Source: Patescibacteria group bacterium (GTDB lineage: Bacteria > Patescibacteriota > Gracilibacteria > Peribacterales > Peribacteraceae). From it: a DNA stretch of 52,977 nucleotides. Position numbers and translations under genes: made by a program. Positions 1-8,953 of the stretch are shown here, in pieces. The DNA lies in assembly GCA_043819035.1 (NCBI GenBank), contig JBDRFD010000009.1:1-52977 (forward strand), written 5' to 3'. The stretch's first letter is position 1, and each line of letters begins with the position of its first letter. The notes under the pieces were generated by a model. It ran no database searches and was not told where the DNA came from. It saw only the letters and a list, made by a program, of their open reading frames with translations.

Positions 1-40
1 TTATCAGATTATTTGTAAGATAAATCTTTATAAGCAGACC

Positions 41-74
41 GGTGACTTGCGACCTTCGACCTGTGACCTGTGAC
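41..74. repeat. heptamer-word repeat arm (GTGACTT GCGACCT TCGACCT GTGACCT GTGAC)
   Basis: 7-nt periodic run. Same word family as 45490-45644. The partner arm may lie outside the window. Confidence 0.6.
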
Positions 75-120
75 AAATCCCCCACCCATATACTCCAACA
101 AAAACTCTAATCTCCACTCA

Positions 121-387
121 TCACTCAATCCTCCCAATCCAGCTCGGCCACTCATGGTTCGCAAGTGTGGGAACATACATCGCGCGCTGAGGAGTTACTG
201 ACCTCTTCCCATCTAAGCGTCCAATCCATGCAGGCCACTCTTCTTTTTCCAGAAGCATCGGCATGACTTTTGTGGGAACTCTGTACCCGCCCGTGACATC
301 TTCGATGAAGTACGCCGAAGCGAATGGAGTACTAGCAATCACTGCTGCAAACGATGCAACAGCAACGAGAGAACGTTTAAACATCAT
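121..387 (-). CDS. small secreted protein, unknown function
   Basis: ORF 121-441. The ATG at 387 precedes a signal-like MMFKRSLVAVASFAAVIASTPFASA. A Trp-rich motif occurs twice (EEWPAWIGRLD / HEWPSWIGRIE). Confidence 0.4.
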   Translation of the reverse strand: MMFKRSLVAVASFAAVIASTPFASAYFIEDVTGGYRVPTKVMPMLLEKEEWPAWIGRLDGKRSVTPQRAMYVPTLANHEWPSWIGRIE

Positions 388-490
388 AATGTTGTGGGAA
401 GAGATGCGGTAATGGTAAATCTCCTTGTCATCGAAAGCCACATAAATTCAATGATTTTGTGCACTATATCACAACCGGAACTCCCACTAC

Positions 491-877
491 TCACCCCTCC
501 TCCAGCTCAAATTCCCGCTGGCACGTGATGCACCTCTCTGCATATGGAAGTGCATTGAGCCTGGCAAGTGGGATGACTACACCACACGCAACACACTCTC
601 CATAAGTTCCATCCTGTATAAGCTTAATGGCTTCCTCGACTTTTCTTAATTCACGATCTTCAATTTCCACAAGTCTTGATGCCACATCAACTTGTTCTTC
701 CAGCAAATCATCACCTCCCTCAGCAGCGCGCATTTCTTGAAATTCCTTTTCACCACCAGCAAAAGCTTTCCTGATGGCATCTCTTCTATTAATGAGCCGT
801 TTTTGAATTACCTGTAGGTGTGCTGCTCTTGTTTTGACACCCTTGGACGGAGCCGATGGTTTATTTGGCAAAGGCAT
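491..877 (-). CDS. DksA/TraR-family C4 zinc-finger protein
   Basis: C-terminal CVAC-x17-CITC zinc finger preceded by a coiled-coil region. Size (128 aa) is typical. Confidence 0.7.
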   Translation of the reverse strand: MPLPNKPSAPSKGVKTRAAHLQVIQKRLINRRDAIRKAFAGGEKEFQEMRAAEGGDDLLEEQVDVASRLVEIEDRELRKVEEAIKLIQDGTYGECVACGVVIPLARLNALPYAERCITCQREFELEEG

Positions 878-1010
878 AAAAACTCAGTGGCGAGGAATAC
901 TATCTGCATTCCAGATATTTACAAATATATTGGCATAAAAAAGGACCCAGCTGCACGATGGCGGCCAAAACCTTGCTTGCCGGCCAAAGCCTTGGCAATG
1001 GCTGGGTGAA

Positions 1011-1063
1011 GGTTAGTTAACTGTTAACTGTTAACTGTTAATTGTTAACTGTTAATTGTTAAC
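1011..1063. terminator. heptamer-word repeat (GTTAACT/GTTAATT x7), terminator-like
   Basis: Tandem 7-nt units containing the palindrome GTTAAC. It sits at or just beyond the stop of the 609-aa gene and overlaps its last codons (VNN*). Confidence 0.5.
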
Positions 1064-2881
1064 AAACACCCCATTCTCGATCGCCTTCATGATCGCAAAG
1101 ATCGCATGCTGCGTGTAGTCGATACGCTGTGCATTGTCAGTGATTTTTCCACGGAATCCTCCAATTGCGCGCTTTTGATTCTTGATGTAAAACGCGTTCT
1201 CGGGGATTAATTGTGTGAGGAGTACGAAGCGCGTACCAATCCGAATTGAATCGCGGTATTTTCGGATATGCTCCTCATCACCCATAATCTTCGCAATGGA
1301 ATAGGCATCGTTGATCCCTTCCATGTAAGAAGCAGTGGAATAGCGCGGCTCATTTTTGGGGAAGCCTCCGATGTAATCCAAATGTGAACTCTTTTGAATC
1401 TGATTGTTATCGATAAGCCAGTCATTCATCTCGAAGACAAAGTCTGCCACGCGCGGATCGCGCGTGGCTCGATACAACAGAAGGTACGCTTGCGAATGCC
1501 ACGGGATAAAAGCCGTATTCTTGTTCCCTCTCCAGTATTTCATGTAGTACGGGAAGGCTTTCTGAACCGATTGTAAGTAGCGCTCGTCACCAGTTGCATC
1601 ATAAAGCTGCATAAGCGCGTACATTGCCTCACCGGGATAGAAATCTGTCCCCGAATTGCGATCAGATTCGAAGTATGTGTTGTAGGACCCGTCCTTTTGT
1701 TGTTGCGACAATATACCATCCGCCAAAATGCGCATCCATTTGTCAGCAAGCGGATACTCGGGTGCGTGCAAAAGCGTAAGGATCATGAAAGCGTTGTATG
1801 CCAACTTTGCGTCACCATCAACATTAATGAAACAGTAACTGTCATTGCATTCCATTTCCTTTACGTATCTATCCAGTGTTGCATGAACTAAGGGAGTGAG
1901 AGACTCATCGTTAATAACGTTGCGCAAGACTGCCACAGACCACACCGTAGCAATCTGCCGGACGTGATTGTTATCAGAAGAGTACTTATCATCACTTGGC
2001 TCATACTGATACTCAAGCATCCCATTCTCGTCCGTATTGTTTCTGAACCAATCGGCTGCCAACTCGATCCTGTCACGCAGAAGAACATTATCAATCGCAT
2101 CCGCGTTCAGAAGTGTGTTGTATCGGTAGAGATCCACCACGTCCCCTTCCCGATCTCCCGTAAACGAAAGCGTATCGTACTTCGAAATCTCTACCGAAGG
2201 ATCCCTGTAACAGTCTTCATCCAGTTTTGCCTTTAGGCACAATCGTTCCAATGTCTTCTTTAGTGAATAATTTTTGCTGATAGGTACCGATTCTTTGAAG
2301 TACGCACGTTTGCTCCCCTTGGAAACTTCAATGGCATGGATGCCAAGTTCGATCTGACTCCCGAGTTCTTCAATTGTTGTACCTTGTACCGGTTGTTTTC
2401 GGAAGAAAATACTAAAACTGATGTCCGCATCTTCAACTTCTGCCTTTTTGAATACACCACCGAAGCGCTCATCATCGATACAGTCTTCCACAGCTTCCCC
2501 GATATCCAGACGGGTTCGTGCAGTATCATCCTCATCTGCAGATCCGCTCTGACAGCAACGAATTGTGTTGTCAGAAAGGAGTGTAATATAAATCTTGTCG
2601 TACCCTTCGACCTCAGGAACATTCTTGGGGGAAACAAACGGTCTGCCGAAGTGTGATTCCAGAGTGGCATACGCGTGCTGCATCATGAGTTGCTTATCCT
2701 CATAAGGAATCGTATCTTCTCCCACTCTTTGGAACAAAGACGCACTCGAGTGTGCCTCTTGCGAAGACGGTGCATCGGGAGTGGATGTTGTTTTGTTGGA
2801 TGCAAAAAAAGCGGCCAGAGAAATAATGCTAAGACCGATCATGACAACAGCAATGGGGTGTGCTCGGAGTGAACGAAGCAT
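1052..2881 (-). CDS. membrane-anchored protein with AMMECR1-like region and C-terminal alpha/alpha-toroid-like domain
   Basis: 609-aa ORF with an N-terminal TM helix (AVVMIGLSIISLAAFFA). The middle segment IELGIHAIEVSKGSKRAYFKESVP...LCLKAKL resembles AMMECR1. The Trp/Tyr-rich C-terminal half resembles six-hairpin toroid proteins. The function call is tentative. Confidence 0.5.
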   Translation of the reverse strand: MLRSLRAHPIAVVMIGLSIISLAAFFASNKTTSTPDAPSSQEAHSSASLFQRVGEDTIPYEDKQLMMQHAYATLESHFGRPFVSPKNVPEVEGYDKIYITLLSDNTIRCCQSGSADEDDTARTRLDIGEAVEDCIDDERFGGVFKKAEVEDADISFSIFFRKQPVQGTTIEELGSQIELGIHAIEVSKGSKRAYFKESVPISKNYSLKKTLERLCLKAKLDEDCYRDPSVEISKYDTLSFTGDREGDVVDLYRYNTLLNADAIDNVLLRDRIELAADWFRNNTDENGMLEYQYEPSDDKYSSDNNHVRQIATVWSVAVLRNVINDESLTPLVHATLDRYVKEMECNDSYCFINVDGDAKLAYNAFMILTLLHAPEYPLADKWMRILADGILSQQQKDGSYNTYFESDRNSGTDFYPGEAMYALMQLYDATGDERYLQSVQKAFPYYMKYWRGNKNTAFIPWHSQAYLLLYRATRDPRVADFVFEMNDWLIDNNQIQKSSHLDYIGGFPKNEPRYSTASYMEGINDAYSIAKIMGDEEHIRKYRDSIRIGTRFVLLTQLIPENAFYIKNQKRAIGGFRGKITDNAQRIDYTQHAIFAIMKAIENGVFVNN

Positions 2882-3219
2882 ATTGTCCTCTATTAAAGCA
2901 AAATACTCGCAAGAAAGAAACTTGAAATAGGAAGAGGCTGATATACTTGTGCTATGTCAGATCGTTTCAACACCAATGTGTGCAGAGAAAATGGTGGGAA
3001 TCACGACATTGATTTTGCGCGATTTCAGCCTTCAAATGCGGAGCGTCGCAAAAATGTGGAGGGGCAGGCGGAGGGGGTCATTTTTGCAGCGAAGCATTTG
3101 ATAAGGCTGATTCGCTCAAAATCACGGAGCGAAACTTTTTTTGATTCTTTTTTTGGTTACAAAAAAAGAATAGGCTTTGGAAATAATGTACATGCTCTAC
3201 CTCTCCCCTATTCTTTACA

Positions 3220-3948
3220 GTGAATACGATTCTCCTTTGTTTACACGGCTGGGGCGGCTCAAAAGAATCGTTCACAGAGCTGCTTCGTGAGCTCGAAGGA
3301 ACTGACATTCAAATACTCACCCCAGACCTTCCAGGTTTCGGAACTGAACCAGAACCCGATCGCCCTTGGACAGTTGATGATTATGCACAGTGGGTAGAGG
3401 AATGGACCAAGAATAAATCAAGTCAAATGTTAAATGTTAACTGTCAACTGTTGCTTTTAGGCCATTCTCATGGCGGCCGCATCGCCATCAAACTAGCAAC
3501 CAGAGGAAATATGAAAATTGATCATCTCTATCTCTGCGCAGCAGCTGGCATCAAGAGCAAGAAAACTGTTAAACGATCAATAGGACTAACATTCGCCAAA
3601 GTCGGAAATTCAATCCTCTCCATCCCTGGATTACATCTACTCAAACCAATCGGAAGAAAAGTTCTTTACAAGGCATTACGCGTGCACGACTACGAACACG
3701 CCTCCCCGCTCATGCAGCAGACAATGCAGAACGTGACGAAGGAAGACTTGCGTCCCTTGCTATCAAACATTACCGTTCCAACCGACATCTTCTGGGGAGA
3801 AGAAGACACGATGACGCCGATTGAAGATGCACACATCATGCAAGAAGAAATTCAAGGAAGCTCCCTGCATACCTATCCAGGAGTACGTCACCGTGTGCAT
3901 AGGGATAGAGCAAAAGAGATTGCGCGAGTTATTCAGAATACCCTATGA
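3220..3948 (+). CDS. alpha/beta-fold hydrolase
   Basis: GTG start. N-terminal HGWGGS motif, nucleophile elbow GHSHGG, and C-terminal His (GVRHRVH). 242 aa. Confidence 0.75.
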   Translation: MNTILLCLHGWGGSKESFTELLRELEGTDIQILTPDLPGFGTEPEPDRPWTVDDYAQWVEEWTKNKSSQMLNVNCQLLLLGHSHGGRIAIKLATRGNMKIDHLYLCAAAGIKSKKTVKRSIGLTFAKVGNSILSIPGLHLLKPIGRKVLYKALRVHDYEHASPLMQQTMQNVTKEDLRPLLSNITVPTDIFWGEEDTMTPIEDAHIMQEEIQGSSLHTYPGVRHRVHRDRAKEIARVIQNTL

Positions 3949-4183
3949 GATTATATTGTCTCATATCGAGTTTGCTACCTCCTAAATGAAGATTATAAAA
4001 GAGGCATGAACATCATCACATATACGAAAAACATCGATGCAAGGATAAACCCTGAAACGACATCCCTAAGATTGAAATCTTTTTCCATTTGGAATTGGAT
4101 AAGAAAATAAATCTTATTATTATGCCTTAATTCCCCACATATTACAATAACCAACCACTTGCAATATTATAAATTTGTCCTTT

Positions 4184-4246
4184 AGTATGTCATCGTGTCC
4201 ACAGGGGTAAGGCCAGAGAGATTGCTGAGGTTATTAGAAAATCTGA
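4184..4246 (+). pseudogene. relic copy of the 3' end of the upstream hydrolase gene
   Basis: 4191-4246 reads RVHRGKAREIAEVIRKSE versus RVHRDRAKEIARVIQNTL at 3890-3945. Roughly three quarters of nucleotides match by eye. There is no upstream ORF body. Confidence 0.5.
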
Positions 4247-4395
4247 ACCGCAGATTTCTTGAACATACGGTTGTTCTAATTTATCTATCATCTTCGATAT
4301 CTGCCTGCCCTTTTGAAGTCCAGCCTGCCCCTCGTAACCAAGAGGCGAAGTGGGGAGGCAAAGGAGGGCGTCATCTGCGCTATCTGCGGTTCAGA
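4242..4395. repeat. inverted-repeat-bounded element directly upstream of the MurF-like gene
   Basis: TCTGAACCGCAGAT (4242-4255) is perfectly complementary to ATCTGCGGTTCAGA (4382-4395). The interior contains the GAGGCGAAGTGGGG motif shared with the tRNA-Lys repeats. Confidence 0.5.
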
Positions 4396-4418
4396 AATCA
4401 TAAGCTACAATATCCCAC

Positions 4419-5957
4419 ATGAACCCCACCTTCCTCGCCCTCCTCACTACTGCGGCCTCTCTTTCTCCACTCATTACATTTGCCTCACTCTGGCAGATCA
4501 AGGAGTGGCGCACCGATCGTTTGCGTGAACATCTAAGAAGTGAAGGACTACTCAGACAACTATTCGGAATTCTGAGACCTGCCACCCTTGGTTTCTTTGG
4601 ATTCCTTGGTTTCCTTGGATTCCTTTCCAGGGACTTGTGGCCCATCGCAACACTTGCCGGTTACCTCGCTCTCAGCGCAATCCAAATCATCCTCCATCGA
4701 CATCCCAAACCTGTCTGGACGAAGAAAGCAATGACGCTTGTCACAACGGCACTATTACTCACATTCCTCACAACGATCTCCTACAAGCTGCAAGCTGCAA
4801 GTTTTCAATTAGTTGTGACTCCTCTTCTTCAACCCTTCTATCTTTTTATAGCTTGGATCTTGTGGTCACCAACTGATAAGTACCTCAAAGCACGCATAAT
4901 GTACCGGGCACAAAAACTTCGCATGGATCGCCCCGAATTGAATGTCATCGGAATCACAGGAAGTGTGGGAAAGAGTACAACCAAAGAGCTCCTGGCGCAC
5001 ATTTTGGAAGAGAAGCACCCACTCACCACACCCGATCACGTGAACACAGAAATGGGTGTATCACAGTGGTTACTCAGCACATTACCAAAAAATCCTGAAG
5101 CAGAAATACTCATTGTAGAAATGGGCGCCTATCAATCGGGTGAAATCGCACTCCTCTGCTCTATCACTCAGCCAACCATGGGTGTGGTGACCTTCATTGG
5201 TACACAACACATTGCCCTCTTTGGTTCACAGGAGGAACTATGCCAGGCAAAAGGTGAGCTGGTCGCTGCCCTACCGGATAATGGCTCCGCATTTCTTAAT
5301 AGTGACAGCGCGTTATGCAATGATCTCAAAGAACTCTGTGCGTGTCCGATCACCACTATCGGAACTGGCGGCGTTTCAGACATCGAGGCGTTTGATATTG
5401 AAGAAACTCCAAACGGTATTCAATTCCGCCTCAGTTCTACCTCCTTTTTTGTTCCTCTCCACGGAACCCATAACGTAACAAACGTCCTCTTGGCCATCGC
5501 TGTTGCAGAAAAACTTGGCATGGATCGATCAGCTATTGCACAGAAGTTGAAAAGTTACCGTCCCGCCCTCCATACCTTCTCCGTGCGTGAAGAGAGAGGA
5601 GTGACGATTCTCGACGATACGAACAACGCAAGTCAGGCGAGTTTCAAGGCGGCACTCGCGTGGGCCAAATCTCAACCTGCAGAGAATAAGATTCTTCTGA
5701 CGAGTGGCTTAATAGAGCTCGGCGATGCTCAGGATCGCACACACACAGAACTCGGTACACTCTCGGCGGGAATCTTTGACCGTGTCGTTTTTACACACAG
5801 AAAAAGTGCTCGCAGTTTCGCACGTGGCTATGGCCAGGACATCGAAATCTTTACAAAGTACTCAGAAAAAGTAGATCCGGATTCACTTTTGGTCTGCGTT
5901 GGAAGAATGTCCACGAGCATTATCGAGAAACTACTTCCCAAAATTTCTGAACCTTGA
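4419..5957 (+). CDS. murF: MurF-family Mur ligase (UDP-MurNAc-peptide D-Ala-D-Ala-adding type) with N-terminal multi-TM domain
   Basis: P-loop VIGITGSVGKSTTKE and the MurF-like DDTNNAS motif. The first ~170 aa form 4-5 hydrophobic helices instead of the usual soluble domain 1. Confidence 0.6.
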   Translation: MNPTFLALLTTAASLSPLITFASLWQIKEWRTDRLREHLRSEGLLRQLFGILRPATLGFFGFLGFLGFLSRDLWPIATLAGYLALSAIQIILHRHPKPVWTKKAMTLVTTALLLTFLTTISYKLQAASFQLVVTPLLQPFYLFIAWILWSPTDKYLKARIMYRAQKLRMDRPELNVIGITGSVGKSTTKELLAHILEEKHPLTTPDHVNTEMGVSQWLLSTLPKNPEAEILIVEMGAYQSGEIALLCSITQPTMGVVTFIGTQHIALFGSQEELCQAKGELVAALPDNGSAFLNSDSALCNDLKELCACPITTIGTGGVSDIEAFDIEETPNGIQFRLSSTSFFVPLHGTHNVTNVLLAIAVAEKLGMDRSAIAQKLKSYRPALHTFSVREERGVTILDDTNNASQASFKAALAWAKSQPAENKILLTSGLIELGDAQDRTHTELGTLSAGIFDRVVFTHRKSARSFARGYGQDIEIFTKYSEKVDPDSLLVCVGRMSTSIIEKLLPKISEP

Positions 5958-6015
5958 TTCACACGATTAAAAAGATTACTTGATGAATCCTGTCCATCCA
6001 GTAATCATGTAAATC

Positions 6016-7287
6016 ATGGTTCAGACAACAAATGGATCACTAATCATTACAATGCCTATCCTTCCCATCCACCACACTTTCGCCCCGCACATCGATGCAC
6101 GATATGTGCTACGAACACTCACAATCCTCCTCGCACCATGTAAATGGCGTTCGGGAAAGAGTAAGAAAATCCTTTCGCAAGAACTGAAGCAAAGACTCAG
6201 TGCAGATGTCTATCTCTTTTCCTCCGGACGTGAAGCGCTATGCACACTATTGCGCGCACTTAAGCTCAATAACGGCGAAGAAGTAGTCGTACAAAGCTAT
6301 ACCTGTGTAGCTGTACCCAATGCAATCCATTCCGCAGGCGGTGTGCCGATCTACGCCGACATTGATCGTGAAACGTTGAACCTAACCTCAGAGACTGTTG
6401 AAGAAAAAATTACCCAGCATACCAAGGCAGTCATCTGCCAGCACACATTCGGCATTCCCTCTCCAACCAGTGAGCTCAGAGAGCTTTGTGACAGACACGG
6501 TCTCCTTCTGATTGAAGACTGTGCGCACATAATCCCTGATCAACAAGGACCTGAATCGATCGGACAGCACGGTGACTTCGTCTTCTACAGTTTCGGGCGT
6601 GATAAAGCCGTTTCCGGTATTACCGGTGGTGTCCTCCTCTCCAGAAAGAGCGATATTTCCCTGAAACTCAACGAGGAAATCAAACGAGCAGTTCCTTTCA
6701 GTCACTTCACCATTCTGCGATATCTCACCTATCCGCTCGTGTACTTCATTGCACGACCATTCTATGGGCTCTTCCTCGGAAAAGCATTTTTGTATCTCTT
6801 AAAGAAGCTTAAATGGATGGTTCCGGTGCTGACCATACAAGAAAAAGAGGGGCATCAGTCCCCCATTACTCATCAACTTCCTAACGCTTTAGCATTTTTG
6901 GTGATCGGGCAATTTAAACGTTTAAATATTATTAATGATCATCGACGAAAGCTGACGAAATTCTACTTAGAAGAAGGAACAAAACACAACTGGCCACTTC
7001 TTGCCGGAATCACATCCGACCTTCCGCTCCAGAAGTTCCCTCTCTTCGTCCGCAATGCAGGAGACATTCGCAGGCAGCTCAAGAAAAAAAATATTCATCT
7101 TGACGATGGCTGGACCGGCTGCGTGGTCTGCCCTGCAACTATCGACCTCGATCCGACGAATTACGTTCCTGGGAGTGACCCAGAAGCAGAAGCTGCTTGT
7201 GAGCTGATACTGTCGCTGCCTACACATCCGACGATGACTCTGAGACAAGCTCGAGAAATGTCTAGACAACTTAACAAGCTCTTGTAG
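6016..7287 (+). CDS. DegT/DnrJ/EryC1/StrS-family PLP-dependent aminotransferase-like protein
   Basis: VVVQSYTCVAVPNAI..PIYADID, KAVICQHTFG, LIEDCAHI, and FYSFGRDKAVSG (candidate PLP Lys). The start is uncertain (alternative ATG at 6052). Confidence 0.65.
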   Translation: MVQTTNGSLIITMPILPIHHTFAPHIDARYVLRTLTILLAPCKWRSGKSKKILSQELKQRLSADVYLFSSGREALCTLLRALKLNNGEEVVVQSYTCVAVPNAIHSAGGVPIYADIDRETLNLTSETVEEKITQHTKAVICQHTFGIPSPTSELRELCDRHGLLLIEDCAHIIPDQQGPESIGQHGDFVFYSFGRDKAVSGITGGVLLSRKSDISLKLNEEIKRAVPFSHFTILRYLTYPLVYFIARPFYGLFLGKAFLYLLKKLKWMVPVLTIQEKEGHQSPITHQLPNALAFLVIGQFKRLNIINDHRRKLTKFYLEEGTKHNWPLLAGITSDLPLQKFPLFVRNAGDIRRQLKKKNIHLDDGWTGCVVCPATIDLDPTNYVPGSDPEAEAACELILSLPTHPTMTLRQAREMSRQLNKLL

Positions 7288-7312
7288 AATCTAGGTTCTT
7301 AAAGACGCATCA

Positions 7313-7585
7313 ATGCTAATTCCAAATCAACCATCTTTGGCTGAAATTGCTGCTATTGTTGATGGAATGGCAATATTAAACAAAGATTGTATGCGAGAAC
7401 CTAGTGGAACAGTGAATCGAACAATACAAATGGGTCAGAAGCTAGCCATAAACCAATTAAGAAAGTGCTTAGTATCCAAACTAGGCTTAAGTAGAGACGT
7501 AGATCAGGCAGAGGCTATCTGTTATCTAATGCACGCATTAGAAGCTTTAGAATCACCTTCCTTACTTGAGGTATCCATAAGGTAA
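7313..7585 (+). CDS. hypothetical protein (90 aa)
   Basis: The ORF fills the gap between two same-strand genes. No motif recognised. Confidence 0.3.
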   Translation: MLIPNQPSLAEIAAIVDGMAILNKDCMREPSGTVNRTIQMGQKLAINQLRKCLVSKLGLSRDVDQAEAICYLMHALEALESPSLLEVSIR

Positions 7586-7595
7586 GATACTTCCA

Positions 7596-8603
7596 ATGAC
7601 AATTTCCCAAGCCGCTAATCAAGATCAGTGGGATTCCTTCCTCGCTTCCCAGAAGTATTCCCCCTTCCTCCAGAGCTGGACGATGGGCGAAGTGTACAGA
7701 GACATCGGTGAAGAACCGTTGCGACTTGAGATGAGAGAAGGAAATGAATTAGTAGGAATTTGTCAGGCGATTGTGGTTCCGGCGAAGCGCGGCAGACACC
7801 TCGCTGTCCCCTACGGACCTGTCTTAGATGTCAATTGTCAATTATCAATTGTCAATTACCTCTTAGAGGAACTAAAAAAAATCGCATCCAATCATAACTG
7901 CGCTTTTATCCGCCTCAGTCCTTTTTGGACAGTAACTACTTCACACATTGAGGGAACCAAACCTTCCCCACTCCATCTACTTGCTGAACATATTTGGTAC
8001 TTGGATTTAAAAGGAAAAACCGAAGACGATCTTATGAAGAACATGCGTCAAAATCACAGAAACCTCATTCGCCGAGCACAAAAGGAAGGCGTGGAAGTAA
8101 TTGCATCAACTAATCCAACCCAAGACATAAATGAATTCTTCCGACTTTATGATGAAACAAGAAAGCGCCACCACTTCGTCCCCTATCCAAACAACTTCAT
8201 TACTTCACAGCTTAAGCACTTCTCAACTCGCAACGAATGTACGCTTTACCTCGCAAAATATCAGGGCGAAGTCATCGCATCCTCGCTACACATGCACTTT
8301 GGTAGCGAGACGAGCTACCACCACGGTGCAAGTACACATAAGTATCCGAAAATTCCCGCAAGTTATCTGCTTCAGTGGACTGCAATCACAGATGCAATGA
8401 AGCGAGGTGATCATATGTACAACTTCTGGGGCATCGCACCTGAGGAAGAAAAGAAGCACCCTTTCCGTGGGGTAACACTATTCAAAACCGGATTCGGTGG
8501 AGAACTCCTGGAGCTTCAGCACTGCAGCGACCTGCCGCTCAAACCTTCTTACCACGCAACACGTGCGTTTGAGATGTGGAGGAAGTGGAGACGGGGATTT
8601 TAG
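7596..8603 (+). CDS. FemAB-family peptidoglycan interpeptide-bridge peptidyltransferase
   Basis: FLQSW.WGEV-type N-terminus, NMRQNHRNLIRRAQKEGVEV, YHHGAS..YLLQW..I..A...G...YNFWGI, and FK.GFGG. Confidence 0.75.
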   Translation: MTISQAANQDQWDSFLASQKYSPFLQSWTMGEVYRDIGEEPLRLEMREGNELVGICQAIVVPAKRGRHLAVPYGPVLDVNCQLSIVNYLLEELKKIASNHNCAFIRLSPFWTVTTSHIEGTKPSPLHLLAEHIWYLDLKGKTEDDLMKNMRQNHRNLIRRAQKEGVEVIASTNPTQDINEFFRLYDETRKRHHFVPYPNNFITSQLKHFSTRNECTLYLAKYQGEVIASSLHMHFGSETSYHHGASTHKYPKIPASYLLQWTAITDAMKRGDHMYNFWGIAPEEEKKHPFRGVTLFKTGFGGELLELQHCSDLPLKPSYHATRAFEMWRKWRRGF

Positions 8604-8613
8604 CTTGCTGTCT

Positions 8614-8864
8614 GACCTCACCCCCGACCCCCCCAATGACCTCACCCCCTACCCCTCTCCTTTTCTCACTCATTATAAGTGTTCCCAATTGAGTTCAAAC
8701 ATATCCTTTTTTCGTGGGAAAAAGAGAGGGGAGCTTCGCTGCACACATATCGAAATCTGTGTAATGGTAGCTCCCCTCTCTTTCGCCAACATTTCAGCAT
8801 TACCATAGGCAAAGTAATTCACTCGAAAAGCAGCTCAGCGAAGGAGAGGGGCAGGGGTGAGGTC
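8614..8864. repeat. nested long hairpin element (C-rich / G-rich arms)
   Basis: GACCTCACCCCCTACCCCTCTCC (8638-8660) pairs with GGAGAGGGGCAGGGGTGAGGTC (8843-8864). An inner perfect 14-bp stem pairs AAAGAGAGGGGAGC (8721-8734) with GCTCCCCTCTCTTT (8770-8783). Confidence 0.6.
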
Positions 8865-8953
8865 TTTAATAATCCTAAATTATCTACTGATCCATTAATC
8901 GAATACTATCAGCTTCCTTGGACTCCTCGGCTTCCTTTCTATACACTTCCATC

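Noticed and set aside
2954-3308. 89-aa (+) and 76-aa (-) ORFs in the divergent gap between the 609-aa gene and the hydrolase gene
   Set aside because: They overlap each other and two hairpins (GCAAAAATG/CATTTTTGC at 3055-3104; TTCTTTTTTT/AAAAAAAGAA at 3146-3170). The region is more likely a regulatory or structured gap.
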